Of a DNA stretch of 64,000 nt, positions 1-11,149 are shown piece after piece (position 1 is the first letter of the stretch; the number at the start of each line of letters is the position of its first letter). Source of the DNA: Mobula hypostoma (lineage: Eukaryota); assembly GCF_963921235.1 (NCBI RefSeq), contig NC_086098.1, positions 5,270,001-5,334,000 on the forward strand. The letters run 5' to 3'. Below the pieces are notes generated by a model. That model searched no databases, was not told the DNA's origin, and saw only the letters and a list, made by a program, of their open reading frames with translations. Made by a program: the position numbers and the translations under genes.

Positions 1-800
1 AAAGTGGTTCATAGAGCACATATGTCCAAAGATAAGTTAGCGCGTTTTTACTCGCATATTAATCCTTTTTGTGACAGATGCTCGGGGCAGATAGCCTCTT
101 TAACTCATATGTTTTGGTCTTGCCGTACTTTGGAAACTTTTTGGAGAGATATTTTTAATATTATTTCTAAGGTATTAAATATAGATATCTCTCCTCACCC
201 TATTACTGCTATCTTTGGACTACCTAAAACTTCTAGTAATCTTTCCCCTTCAGCCCGTAGAATGATTGCATTTCTTACTTTAATGGTGAAAAGATGTATT
301 TTACAACATTGGAAAGAGCTTAATGCTCCAACTACCTTTTTTTGGTTCTCTCAGACGATTTTATGTTTGAATCTGGAGAAAATTAGAAGTAACCTTTATG
401 ATTCATTTAAATTTGAACAGATTTGGGGACCTTTTATTCGATATTTTCATTTAATGTAATATATACCCTTCTTGTTTTTTTTTTCACTGTTTTTAATGGA
501 GGTCGGGATTGAGGACGTGATTTTAAGTTTAACTCTGTTTGGTTTCAAGTTAGCCCATTGCTTTGCTTTGCTTTTAGTTAGTTGCACGGTGGGTTTTTTT
601 CTTTTTTTTTCTATTGATATATATAAAATTTAGTATACTATTATGTTATCTTGGTTTCTTATGTTTAAATTACATTGTTTGTAGTTTTTTTTTGGTATTG
701 ATACCTTCTGGAATTTTATTATATTTTAACATTGTATTAATGTTTATATGGCTTACCTTTTCGTATACTTATTCAATAAAAAGATTTAAAAAGAAAGAAA
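1..800 (+). mobile_element. L1-clade LINE 3' end (ORF2 C-terminal Cys-rich domain, 3'UTR, A-rich tail)
   Basis: ORF 4..459 has CDRC-x7-HMFWSC zinc-binding motif typical of the L1 ORF2 C-terminus. T-rich 3'UTR, AATAAA at 775-780, then A-rich tail. Confidence 0.85.
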
Positions 801-2159
801 CAATTTGTAAGACTGACTCTGGACAGAGGACTCTGGACAGCTTCACGCAGTGGCGTATGCCCCAGTAGGGGTGATGGCCTTGAGAAGAAATAGTTTCCCT
901 CACTCCCCACACAAACCTCTTCCCCTGCAGGATGCAGGCGGCAGGTAACTCTGCTGTTGAATATCAAAGATAAAGGTTCAATTCTTGTTGCTGGTCACAT
1001 CTAGTATTTGTGACATAAATATAACTTGCTACTTGGCAGACATCATCAGCCCTAGCCTGAACATTATCATGAGTTGGTTTGGTTTCTCAGATGCACCAAA
1101 TACAATTGGGTGCTGTGTTATCATTAAATGTGCCCACTTCTAAGATCAGGAATAGAAATTTTGTGGATATGGCATACAGATTCCAAAATGTACTCTATTT
1201 CATCACATCCCACAGAGAGAGAGAGAGGAATTCAGTTACGTAAACAAAAAGTAAGGTATCTGAGGTCAGCAGCATTTACATCTGCGCACTTGGCCTGCTG
1301 CCCACCCAAACCACAGCCGTATGACTGAAGAGGTGTCTCAGTGAACAGTCCGGAGATTAATAGTCTGACAGCTTCTCACGCCAGTCCCCAGAAAGAGCTA
1401 CCAGCGCCAAACTTCCCTTGACACTACCCCAAACAAGATTCTGAACTTTAACCAGTTGAAGTTCTTTGTGTCCACCAGTCTTCCAAACTTGAATGTAACA
1501 GTCAATTTTAGTTTCTACACCTATCCCCCCCAACCATTTAGAAACCCCAACAGCCAGTTCCTCAGGTAACATCATTCCAGCCCCTTGACTACTAAATGGC
1601 ACTGAAATGATCAACAACCTCCACCATCTCTGTACTCAGATCTCACCCCCCCACCCCCCATCACACAGCTCCAGGGTCCTTCTCCCCAACTGCAATGTGC
1701 CAGGAATCATCCCCCACTCAGGGGTTAACAACCAAAACCCACCCAGCTCCCAGGGTTACACCTCACCCACCCACCCAGCTCCCAAGGTTACACCTCACCC
1801 ACCCACACTGTTCTCAGGGTTACAACCCACCCACCGCTCCGGGGGGGGGGAGAGGGTGTCACACACCCCACTTCTACTTGTACTGCTCCTGGGTTTTATT
1901 TTCACCCTTCCCTTAGACACCCTCCTCTCCAACACTGCCCCTCTCTTTCGCTCAGCCTCAGTCCGTGCTCCCCCTCCTTTACTGCTCGCTCTCCCACTAT
2001 CCCTACTCCCCGTTTCCCCATGCCCTCACGTTAGTCCCCTCCTCCCTATCTCGGGTTCACTCGCCCCTCACTCTGATTCATTCCCCCCCACTCTACCCTA
2101 CCCTACCCCAATGCCTCCGGTTCACTCTTCCCTTCTCCCGACCCTATCCCCTCGCTCAC

Positions 2160-2460
2160 CTCCTCAATTGGCGAAGGGCAGCACAGGACCTGCCGCCACA
2201 AACATCCGGTCACGTGGCGTGCAAAGGCACAGGCGCAGCAGCGCGCGAATGGGGCGGAGCTGTCCACCCGCTGTCAATCAATCGGCCGCCGGCGCCTAAC
2301 ACCGCGCCCCCTGTGGCGGGGCTTGGTCCCGCACCCGTCCGACGCTCCGCGGCTCCGACTTGGCTGCGGTGGGGAAGGTGTGGGGGTGGAAACACCCGCA
2401 TCCCGCCCAACCACCGACGTTCAGCTGCGGTTCTCTTTACGAGGCTGGTCTGACTTCACC
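2160..2460 (-). promoter_or_regulatory. CpG-island promoter with probable non-coding first exon of a gene transcribed leftward out of the window
   Basis: Non-repeat CpG-rich stretch with E-box GTCACGTGG (~2209-2217), GC box GGGGCGGAGC (~2251-2260) and minus-strand donor GAG|GTGAGC at 2160/2159. Confidence 0.6.
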
Positions 2461-2522
2461 AGAAAACATTTTAGACCATCGGACATTAGGCTGTTCCCCA
2501 TCGTTCTCTCCTCTATTCCATT

Positions 2523-2668
2523 ATACACACAAACTGCTGGAGGAACTCAGCAGGCTAGGCAGAATCTACGGAAAAGAGTACAGCCGACATTTCTGCCCGA
2601 AACTTCTGCTGGGTCCTTTTCCATTAAATGCTGCCTGACCAGCAGAGTTCCGCCAGTATTTTGTGTCT
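2523..2668. mobile_element. Palindromic Penelope-terminus-derived element
   Basis: ACACACAAACTGCTGGAGGAACTCAGCAGG at the left and its inverted copy (TGCTGCCTGACCAGCAGAGTTCCGCCAGTATTTTGTGT) at the right. Same motif as PLE ends elsewhere in the window. Confidence 0.7.
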
Positions 2669-2701
2669 GTACCTAATTATAATCTTCCCTTTCCTACAGT
2701 A

Positions 2702-3313
2702 TGTAAGGGGTTTCTTCTTTTATGTTACTGCGAAGGCTCATAAAATAGCTTCTTTGTTATGTTAGAATAAAAATGGCTTTTCTGTAATAATAAATACGAT
2801 GTAAGGAGTTCTCTCTCTCTGCTTGTTTAGGTTATACTATCGATAAGAGAGAGAACGAACCAATGAGTGTCCATGTTATTCTTTTAGTGGGTGATATTCT
2901 GTCTCATATGGCTGGGAACCGTGTGGTTTGGCGGGTTTTTCGGGAGGAGACCCGAAGAGGAAGGACGTGCTGGCAGCGCTCTTGTCGACCACCGTGGCTG
3001 GTCCCGAGTGGCGAGTCGAGGGGGTCGGAGGGGATCGAAAGGCGGAAAGAGGATCCCGTTATTTGAGCTCCAATTGTTGTGCACGAAGTGGTTGAACTCT
3101 GATAAGTTTGGCGCCTTTTACTTTCCCTTTTATGTTGTATCTCTGTTAATTACATGGTTCCAGTAAGATTTATGAAGTGTAATCTGTAAATCGTACATTG
3201 TGTGCTGTCTGATATTTGATGTGTGAGTTTCTACTGTACACAGCGACGACGCAACCGTGAGACACGGTTTGGCGGGCGGACGGGGTTTCCCCTGGATAAA
3301 CCCGAGCCGATAG
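2702..3313 (+). repeat. 5' LTR (3' end, PBS and leader deleted)
   Basis: Aligns to the 3' LTR up to CGAGCCGATAG, then joins directly to gag codons (DWDKVVGWCE). Confidence 0.85.
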
Positions 3314-4284
3314 CGACTGGGATAAGGTTGTCGGCTGGTGTGAGCTGGAGGACGTGCTGGTTCATCGTGCGTGCGTGTTAAGTGGGTTGGATTTCCGCAC
3401 TTCGGGAGATGTGCTGGAGCGGGGGTTGCGTCTGATCACCGCTACCGGCCGGGCGGAACTGGTGGCGAGGCGGTGCGGCAGGGAGATGGAGTCCGGCTGG
3501 GTGTTGGTCCGGACGAGCGCCGACGTCGGTCAGCGTCCCGGGGGCGGCGGCGGGGCCGTGGGGCCTCCACACCCTTCTGGACCTGGGGGCCGAATGTGAG
3601 GGGACGCCGTTCGCATGGACGGGAGACTCCTGGGCGCTCTTAGCGGACTTCCAAAACATGTGGCAGGGAAGAGGGGAAAAGCTCTCAGAGTACATTTTCC
3701 AGCTGGAGATAATGCTTGCTAGGTTGCGGCGCCGAGGGGTAGTGAAGGGGAACGAGGTGGCGAGGTTGAGGATGAGTCAGATATTTAGAGGTTCCCTGGA
3801 GGAGGACAAGGTGGCCTGGGGTCTCCGGCTGTCCTATAAAAGGAGCCCCCCTCCATCGTTCATCCAGCTGATTAGAGAGGTGCAGGAGGATGAGAGCGTG
3901 TTGGCCCGGAAAAGGGTCTCGGGCCACTGGGGATGGTCCTCATCGGTACGGGAGGTGGTGGCAGGGTTGAGAACCGAGCGATCCAAGGGGGCCCAGGTGG
4001 GTAGGGACCCCTCACGTGAGTGGGTTGACAAGGAGAGCACCCCCTTCAGGGGCGGGCCACGCAGTGGGCTGGGAGTGGGGGGCGTCCCGGGAGGAGAGGG
4101 GCGGCGGGTAGCCTGTGCTATAACTGTGGGAAAGAGGGGCATCTCCGGCGGGAATGTGAGCGGCAGGGTGTGTGCTACCACTGTGGGCAAGAGGGACACT
4201 TCAAGAGGGATTGTGAGAGACAAGGCACCCTGCGGAGGGCAAGCCGCCGGGCGACCAAGAAGGAAGAGGTGTTGGGAAACTTAG
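3314..4284 (+). pseudogene. gag, PNMA-like capsid with two CCHC zinc knuckles (frameshifted)
   Basis: N-terminal WCELEDVLVHRACVLSG resembles the PNMA N-terminus. QGRGEKLSEYIFQLE...PPSFIQLIREVQEDE is capsid-like. [14 protein letters not shown] and [14 protein letters not shown] lie at ~4116-4214 in a shifted frame. Confidence 0.8.
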
Positions 4285-4334
4285 GAGAGACTCAGTGAGG
4301 GAACGGACTGGAGTCTCTGGAGGAACACGTTCCC
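4274..4334 (+). promoter_or_regulatory. -1 programmed ribosomal frameshift signal (GGGAAAC slippery site plus H-type pseudoknot)
   Basis: GGGAAAC at 4274-4280. Stem AGAGACTC-AGT/ACTGGAGTCTCT (4286-4318). Loop GGGAACG pairs with CGTTCCC (4328-4334). Located at the gag/pro junction. Confidence 0.8.
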
Positions 4335-4509
4335 CGAAATCTGCCATGGGAGTCCGGCAAGCCCAAGCCCTTATTCCGGACGGATTAGTGGGACCCCGCT
4401 CCAGCATGTCCCTACGGATAGAGGGAATCTTTGCAAGGGCCATCCTCGATACCTTGTCGCAGGTCACCTTATTGTACTGGTCGCTCTACAACAAGTAACT
4501 AAAGCATTT

Positions 4510-5109
4510 TTAGATTATGAGGATACGCAGTCCTCTTTTATTGTCATTTAGTAATGCATGCATTAAGAAATATAAAATGTTTTTACAGAATCATATCACG
4601 AAAACACATGACAAACCAACTTAAAAACTAACAAAAATCACATAATTATAACATATAGTTGCAACAGTGCAAAGCAGTACCGTAATTTGATAAGAACAGA
4701 CCATGGCACAGTAAAAGTCTCAAAGTCTTTCGAAAGTCCCATCATCTCACGCAGACAGTGAACCTCCAGCGCCGCCAACTTGCCGATGCAGCATCCTGGA
4801 AGCATCCGACCACAGTCCGACTCTGAGTCCATCCAAAAACTCTGAGCCTCCGACCACCTCTTCGACACTGAGCACCATCTCTGCCGAGCGCTTCGACCCC
4901 AGCCCCGGCAACAGGCAATACGCAAAGCCGAGGATTTGGGGCCTTCGTCTCCGGAGATTCTCGATCGCACAGTAGCAACGGCAGCGAAACAGGCATTTCA
5001 GAAGATACTCCAGATGTTCCTCCGTGCTTCTCACGGCTGTCTCCATCAAATCAGGATTGTGCATGGCATCCTACTTCACAAATACGATATTCATTCAGAA
5101 CGGCTGCGT
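4510..5109 (-). mobile_element. Non-autonomous retroposon (ends AAATGACAATAAA...TAATC) inserted in the protease region
   Basis: Homologous to 20846-21380 and partly 38730-39058. It interrupts the pol frame YNK.LKH|LPVTL. Confidence 0.75.
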
Positions 5110-6414
5110 GCGTTTGCCAGTAACCCTGTTTAATGCCCTGGAGATTTGGGGTATAAGTGATGGTGATTACCCGTACGATGGGTACCTGTCGGTGAGATTG
5201 GAATTCTCGGAAGGCGATGTGGGAGTGTCTAAAGCCCTTGAGATGGTGTTGGTTTGTCCATATCCAGTGGAAACAGGTGGCACTGCGCTTCTGGACTAAC
5301 TCCCCTCTGGTGCGACGGCTCTTGGGAGCCTGTAAGGAGAAGGCGGGGGAGAACTTTCTGGAGACCCTCTCGGTACACCCAGTGGTTCGAGCTGTGTTTG
5401 AGGAAGCGGGTGGCCACAGGGGGCTGGATCCTGAGTTCAAACGAGGTGCGTTGTGGTGTACTCAGGCGAGGCCTAAAGTGATATGGCTAGGGGAGGTGGC
5501 ACTAGTGCTGGGGACCCCCAGATTCCCCGGAGTACCAGCGGGCAAGACCCTGTTAGTAGACGCCCCGGAAGACCTTGAAGGGGAGTCCCGGTTCCTGGCT
5601 GGGGTGCTGGTGAGACCTGAATTGCAGAGGCCCTCAGTTGTACAGGCACGCTGGATGGGGGTGATGGTAAGGAACACAACGGAGTGGGAGATCACCTTTA
5701 AGCGCGGGATGCCCCTCGCGCTCTTGTTCCCGGTTATGGTGATGTCTAGCGCCCCTGTGAGGCCCACTGGAGGAGAACTATTGGAGAATAAGGGGCGGCT
5801 GACGGAGGAGGCCTTTAATTTTAAAGACTCCCCTGTACCGCCGGAGTATAAGAGCAGGCTGGTGGAGAAGATGCTGAAGCTAGGGGATGTCTTTTCTCAG
5901 GGCGAGTTTGATGTGGGATGTTCCAAGAGCACTCGTCACACTATCCGGGTGACAAATGACAGCCCGTTTAGAGAAAGGTTGTGATGGCTGGCCCTGGCTG
6001 ACGTAGAAGATGTGCGGCAGTTGAAGGATTTAGGGATTATCGAGGAGTCCCGGAGCCCCTATGTGTCCCCCATAGTGGTGGCTAGGAAGAAAAATGGGAA
6101 GGTACGCATGTGCGTGGACTATACGACCCTGAACCGGCGCACTGTCCCTGACCAGTCTACGGTCCCGAGGGTTGAAGATGCGTTGGCCTGTTTGAGTGGT
6201 GCACAGTGGTTTAGTGTATTGGATTTGCAGAGTGGGTATTACCAGATTCCGATGAGAGACTGATAAAGAGAAGACAGCCTTTATCTGTCCCCTGGGATTC
6301 TTTCAGTTCGAACGAATGCCCCAAGGCATATCGGGGGCCCCAGCCACCTTCCAGAGGGTCATGGAGAGGACAGTGGGGGATATGAACTTGCTGGAGGTGT
6401 TGGTGTATCTGGAT

Positions 6415-7460
6415 TGTGAGGGGATCCAGGAGTGCCCCTATTAACTGATTGAAGAGAGACAGAGAGATACATTCATCATTGATGCTTTGTTTGGAAAGGA
6501 GAGAGAGACAGAGTTATTTACCACCGATATGTTGCTTTTGTAAAGAGAGAGAGGGAGATGAAGATTAACGGTTGGACTGTCATTTTAAGGCATTGGAAGT
6601 AACTTTGGATTTTTACTGAGTTTGGAGTTGGAGACAGCACTGAGCAGCTCGAAAGTTGCTATGGTGACCGAAGGCAGGTTGTTGATGTTACTTCCAAGGA
6701 CAGGTTGCCTGCTTGTGCACTACTTTGCAGACAAAGGAAGGAGGGACTCTTTAAATGACAGGTGATGCTCAGCCTGGTGAAATAAATGGGAGATCAGATG
6801 ATACAGACCTCAGGACACATGATCTAGACACTGAATGAGCATTGTTGTGCCCGCAAAGAAAGTGGGTTTTGGAGGATCGATCAGGCGGATCGATCCAAAT
6901 TGCTATTCCATCGGTGAAGAAGGGGTTGACTGGTGGGGAGTTGTCTATGTCCACCCTTGCCGGGGTGATAGCTCCACCACAGGAAAACTGGTCCCCCTGG
7001 TTAAAGTCACAGTCGGTGACTTGTAAAGGATTTCGGAGGACGACGAGGAGATCAACGGCATCAGCTCACCTGAAAACTCAACTCACTCTCTCACTCTCTC
7101 TCCATCACTACTCAACTAAATACCACGAACTGAACTGAACTGAACTTTACTTATCATCGTAAGACTGTATCTTTTTACCCCTAGACTTAAAGAAGATTGG
7201 TTTTTCATACATATATATTCCACACTTACCTTTATACATAATCATCACTAACCTGTTTGATTTATCTACATTTATATTACTGTATTGCGTAGTTACTAAT
7301 AAATATTAGTAGTTTATAGCAATACTGGACTCCAAAGTGTTTTCTATTTCTGCTACACCAGCAACTTTGATGTATGTTGCTTGAATTTCCAGCATCTGCA
7401 GAATTCCTGTTGTTTTCTATTTCTGCTGGTTTCTTTATCCCCGTCACGGGGTACGTGACA
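6415..7460. mobile_element. Solo LTR of a second LTR family
   Basis: TG...CA termini flanked by 4-bp TSD GGAT (6411-6414 and 7461-7464). Non-coding. Confidence 0.9.
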
Positions 7461-10409
7461 GGATGACTTGATAGTGTTTGGATCTACTTTGGAAGAACGT
7501 GAGGAGCAGCTGCTGAAGGTGTTAAGCCGGCTGAAGGAGGAAGGGTTGAAACTTTCCCTGGATAAATGCCAGTTCTGCAAGATGTCGGTCGGCTATGTTG
7601 GACACATAATCTCACGAGATGCAGTGGCTACTGATCCGGCTAAGATAGATGCAGTGACCACCTGGCTGAGACCCCAGACTGTGAGCGCCATGCGCTCGTT
7701 CTTTGGGTTCTGTGGGTATTACCGGCGATTCGTGAAAGGATACGCTAGAGTGAGTCACCCCTTGAACAAGCTTTTGTGTGCCTATCCCCCCATGGGGAAG
7801 ATAAGGAAGGGGGACCGAGGGCAGGAAGCAGGAGGATATCTGAACCCGTCGGAGCCCTTTGGATCGAGGTGGGATGCTCAATGTGAGGAGGCGTTCCAAT
7901 TGCTGAAAAGGGCGCTGACACAGGCCCCGGTGTTGCCTTTTGCCGATCCCCTGGAAGTCGTATGTGCTACACACTGATGCCAGCCGAGAGGGGCTGGGGG
8001 CTGTCCTGTACCAGGAGCAGGGCAACGGATTGAGGCCGGTGGTGTTTGTCAGCCAAAGTTTGTCGCCTTCTGAGAGAAACTATCCCACTCACAAGTTGGA
8101 GTTCCTGGCACTGAAGTAGGCAGTGGTGATCAAGTTGAGCGACTATCTATACAGGGCCAAGTTTGAGGTGAGGACGGACAACAATCCTCTCACTTATATT
8201 CTGCCCTCGGCAAAACTGCATGCTACTGGGCACCGGTGGTTGGCAGCCTTGTCTGCCTATGTGTTCAGCCTGAAGTACCGGCCAGGGAGCCGGAACGTCG
8301 ACACAGATGCTTTATCTCGTCGGGCACATGAGGGGTCGGGCACAGACGAGGAGTGGGAGAGCGTCCCTGCACCGGGAGTAAAGGCCATGTGTCAATTTGC
8401 GAGCGACACTAAAGCAGGAGCCCCGATGGGGCCGGATCGGGCAGTGGATCAATTGGGGGTTGGTGATGACGCACTACCCACTCTTTACTGTAATTTGACT
8501 GCTCTGAGGAACAGGCAGCTGCCGGAGTTGAGCCCCCAGGAAGTGGGGGCAGCTCAGCAGGATGACCTGGGCATTGGCACTATCTGGTACGCAGTTAGCC
8601 GGGGTGATATGGGGCAGGTGGAGAAAGTGAAACATGCCTTCGTTCCCCTATTACTGAAGGAGTGGCCTCGGTTGAAGCTGAAGAACCTCGTCCTGTACCG
8701 GGTCACGTCGCCCCCGGACCACCCCCGCCGCTGGCAGCTGGTCATGCCTGAGAAGTATCAGAAGACTGTACTCCAGGCTCTACATGATGATTCCGGGCAT
8801 TTGGGGGTGGAACAGACCTATGGATTACTCAAGGACCAGTTTTACTGGCCCCGGATGAGGGGGGAGGTTGAAGAATACTGTAAGACCTGCGGTCATTGCA
8901 TCAGGAGGAAGACCCTGCCTGTGCAGGCGGCCCCGTTATCCCATTTGCAGAGTGCGGGACCCATGGACCTGGTGTGTATGGATTTCCTGTCTATTGAACC
9001 AGACACCAGCAGCACCGCGAATGTCTTAGTCATCACGGATCACTACACTAGGTAGGTTCAGGTGTTTCCCACTAAGGACCAGAAAGCGACTACAGTGGCG
9101 AAGGTGTTATGGGAGAGGTACTTTGTTCATTATGGCCTTCCCCGGCGGATCCACAGTGATCAGGGACAGGACTTCGAGAGCAGGTTTATACATGAATTAC
9201 TTGGTATGCTTGGGGTCAAGAAATCCAGGACCACCCCCTATCACCCGCAGGGTGATCCTCAGCCCGAGAGGTTTAACTGGACCCTGTTGGACATGCTCGG
9301 GACTCTGGAGATCGGTCAGAAGAGTAAGTGGAGTCAGGACATTGGGCATTAATTGCACCCGCAATGACGCTACGGGGTACTCGCCTTATTATCTGATGTT
9401 CGGGCGGGAAGCGATGTTGCCTATTGACCTTTGTTTTGGGACTGAAGCAGGTGAAATACCTTCGAAGCCATATCTGACGTATGTGTCGATATGAGGAGAG
9501 AGTTGAAAAGGGCTTATGAGTTGGCTGAGGCGGCAGCCACCAAGCAGAATCAAAGGAACAAGAGGAGGTATGATCAGAAAGTGAAGTTCGCCCAACTTAT
9601 GCCAGGAGACCGGGTCCTCATACAGAATTCAGGACTACCTGGTAAGCACAAGTTGGCGGACCGTTGGGCAGCCACCCCCTATGTGGTAGAGAGTCAGGTG
9701 CCGAATCTACCCGTTGATTGGGTGAGACCAGAAGATGGGAAGGGGCCTGTCAAGGTACTCCATCGGAACCACCTATTGCCCCTGGGTCAAGAGGTGCAGG
9801 TTGACTAAGAGTCCAAATTGGAGTTTATGCTTAGTACAAGGACCCTGCAGAGGCGCGGGGCGAGGGAAGAGCCCACCGCGAAAGAGACGGGCCTGGGCTC
9901 CGCCCCGGAAGGGGATACTGAATTGGAAGACGATGATTCGGATGTGTGGTACCTACTTCCATTTGTTAATTCCCCGGTACCGGGAGAAGAGGCTCCTGAC
10001 CCTTCCCCCACTGAGTTAGGTGAGAAGAGGGAGAGTGTTGGGGGGGCAGCCTGGGATACAGCTGGCCTTGGAGGGAGAGAGGGTGGAACCTGAACCCGAG
10101 ACAGAGGGCTCCGAGTAGACAAGGGGTCCCAGTGAGGGAGCGTGCGAGGATTCGACAGGTAGACCCAGGGTGTCTCCAGTGGTATCTGAGCCAGAATGGT
10201 CAGCAGAGGAGGTACAGAGGTCTTCGAGAAGTAGGAATCCCCCGGTGAGGTTGACCTATGTAGCACCCGGAGAACAGGGTGTGATCTCTACCACCCTGGG
10301 AAATTATGTCACTGATTTATGCACCTGGGTTGGGTTTTGTGTTTTGCAAGGAGGATTGGTGAAATCCTTTAATGTCATGAGGACATGATTTTCTTTGGTG
10401 GGGGGAGAG

Positions 10410-11039
10410 TGTAAGGGATTTCTTCTTTTATGTTACCGCGAAGGCTCATAAAATGGCTTCTTTATGTTAGAATAAAAATGGCTTTTCTGTAATAATGACT
10501 GCGATGTAAGGAGTTCTCTTTCTCTCTGCTTGTTTGGGTTATATTATTGATAAGGGAGGGAACGAACCAATGTCCATGTTATTCTTTTAGTGGGTGATAT
10601 TCTGTCTCATATGGCTGGGAACCGCGTGGTTTGGCAGGTTTTTTGGGAGGAGATCCGAAGAGGAAGGACGTGCTGGCAGTGCTCTTGTCGACCACCGTGG
10701 CTGGTCCCGAGTGGCGAGTCGAAGGGGCTCGGAGAGGATCGCATGGTGGAAAGAGGGTCCCGTTCATTGAGCTCCAACGGTTGTGCACGAAGTGGTTGGA
10801 CTCTGATAAGTTTGGCGCCTTTTACTTTCCCTTTATGTTGTATCTCTGTTAATTACATGGTTCCAGTAAGATTTATAAAGTGTAATCTGTAAATCGTACA
10901 TTGTGTGCTGGTCTGATATTTGATGTGTGAGTTTGTACCGGGTGGCATTACACAGCAACTGCTCAAGCTTGAGACACAGTTTGGCAGGTGGACTGGGTTT
11001 CCCCTAGATAAACACGAGCCGATAGATCTGAGCGTTACA
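10410..11039 (+). repeat. 3' LTR
   Basis: Follows a purine-rich PPT ending GGGGGGAGAG, starts TGTAAG, ends TTACA, followed by TSD AGTA. Confidence 0.93.
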
Positions 11040-11149
11040 AGTATAATTACTGAAATATAAACACTTAATATAAGTTATAGAAAGACTAAAGGGGAGAAGT
11101 GGAAAATATATTCAAAAACAGAATGACAATCAGGTTAAATAACACTGAT

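Larger units (their letters stand above)
4335..10093 (+). pseudogene. pol: protease, dUTPase-like spacer, RT, RNase H, integrase (stops, frameshifts, insertions)
   Basis: AILDTLSQ (mutated DTGS protease motif), SPIVVARKKNGKVRMCVDY, LDLQSGYYQI, YLD/D split by an insertion, TDNNPL, integrase HHCC (HDDSGH...CKTCGHC) and DDE core (MDF, HSDQG, PERFN). Confidence 0.92.
2702..11039 (+). mobile_element. Gypsy/Ty3 LTR retrotransposon with PNMA-like gag, decayed, with nested insertions
   Basis: TG...CA termini, AGTA TSD (2698-2701 and 11040-11043), two homologous LTRs, PPT before 10410, gag-PR-RT-RH-IN order. Confidence 0.95.

Noticed and set aside
1607..2299. 230-aa Pro-rich ORF
   Set aside because: C-rich low-complexity sequence in the probable first intron, with no recognisable domain.
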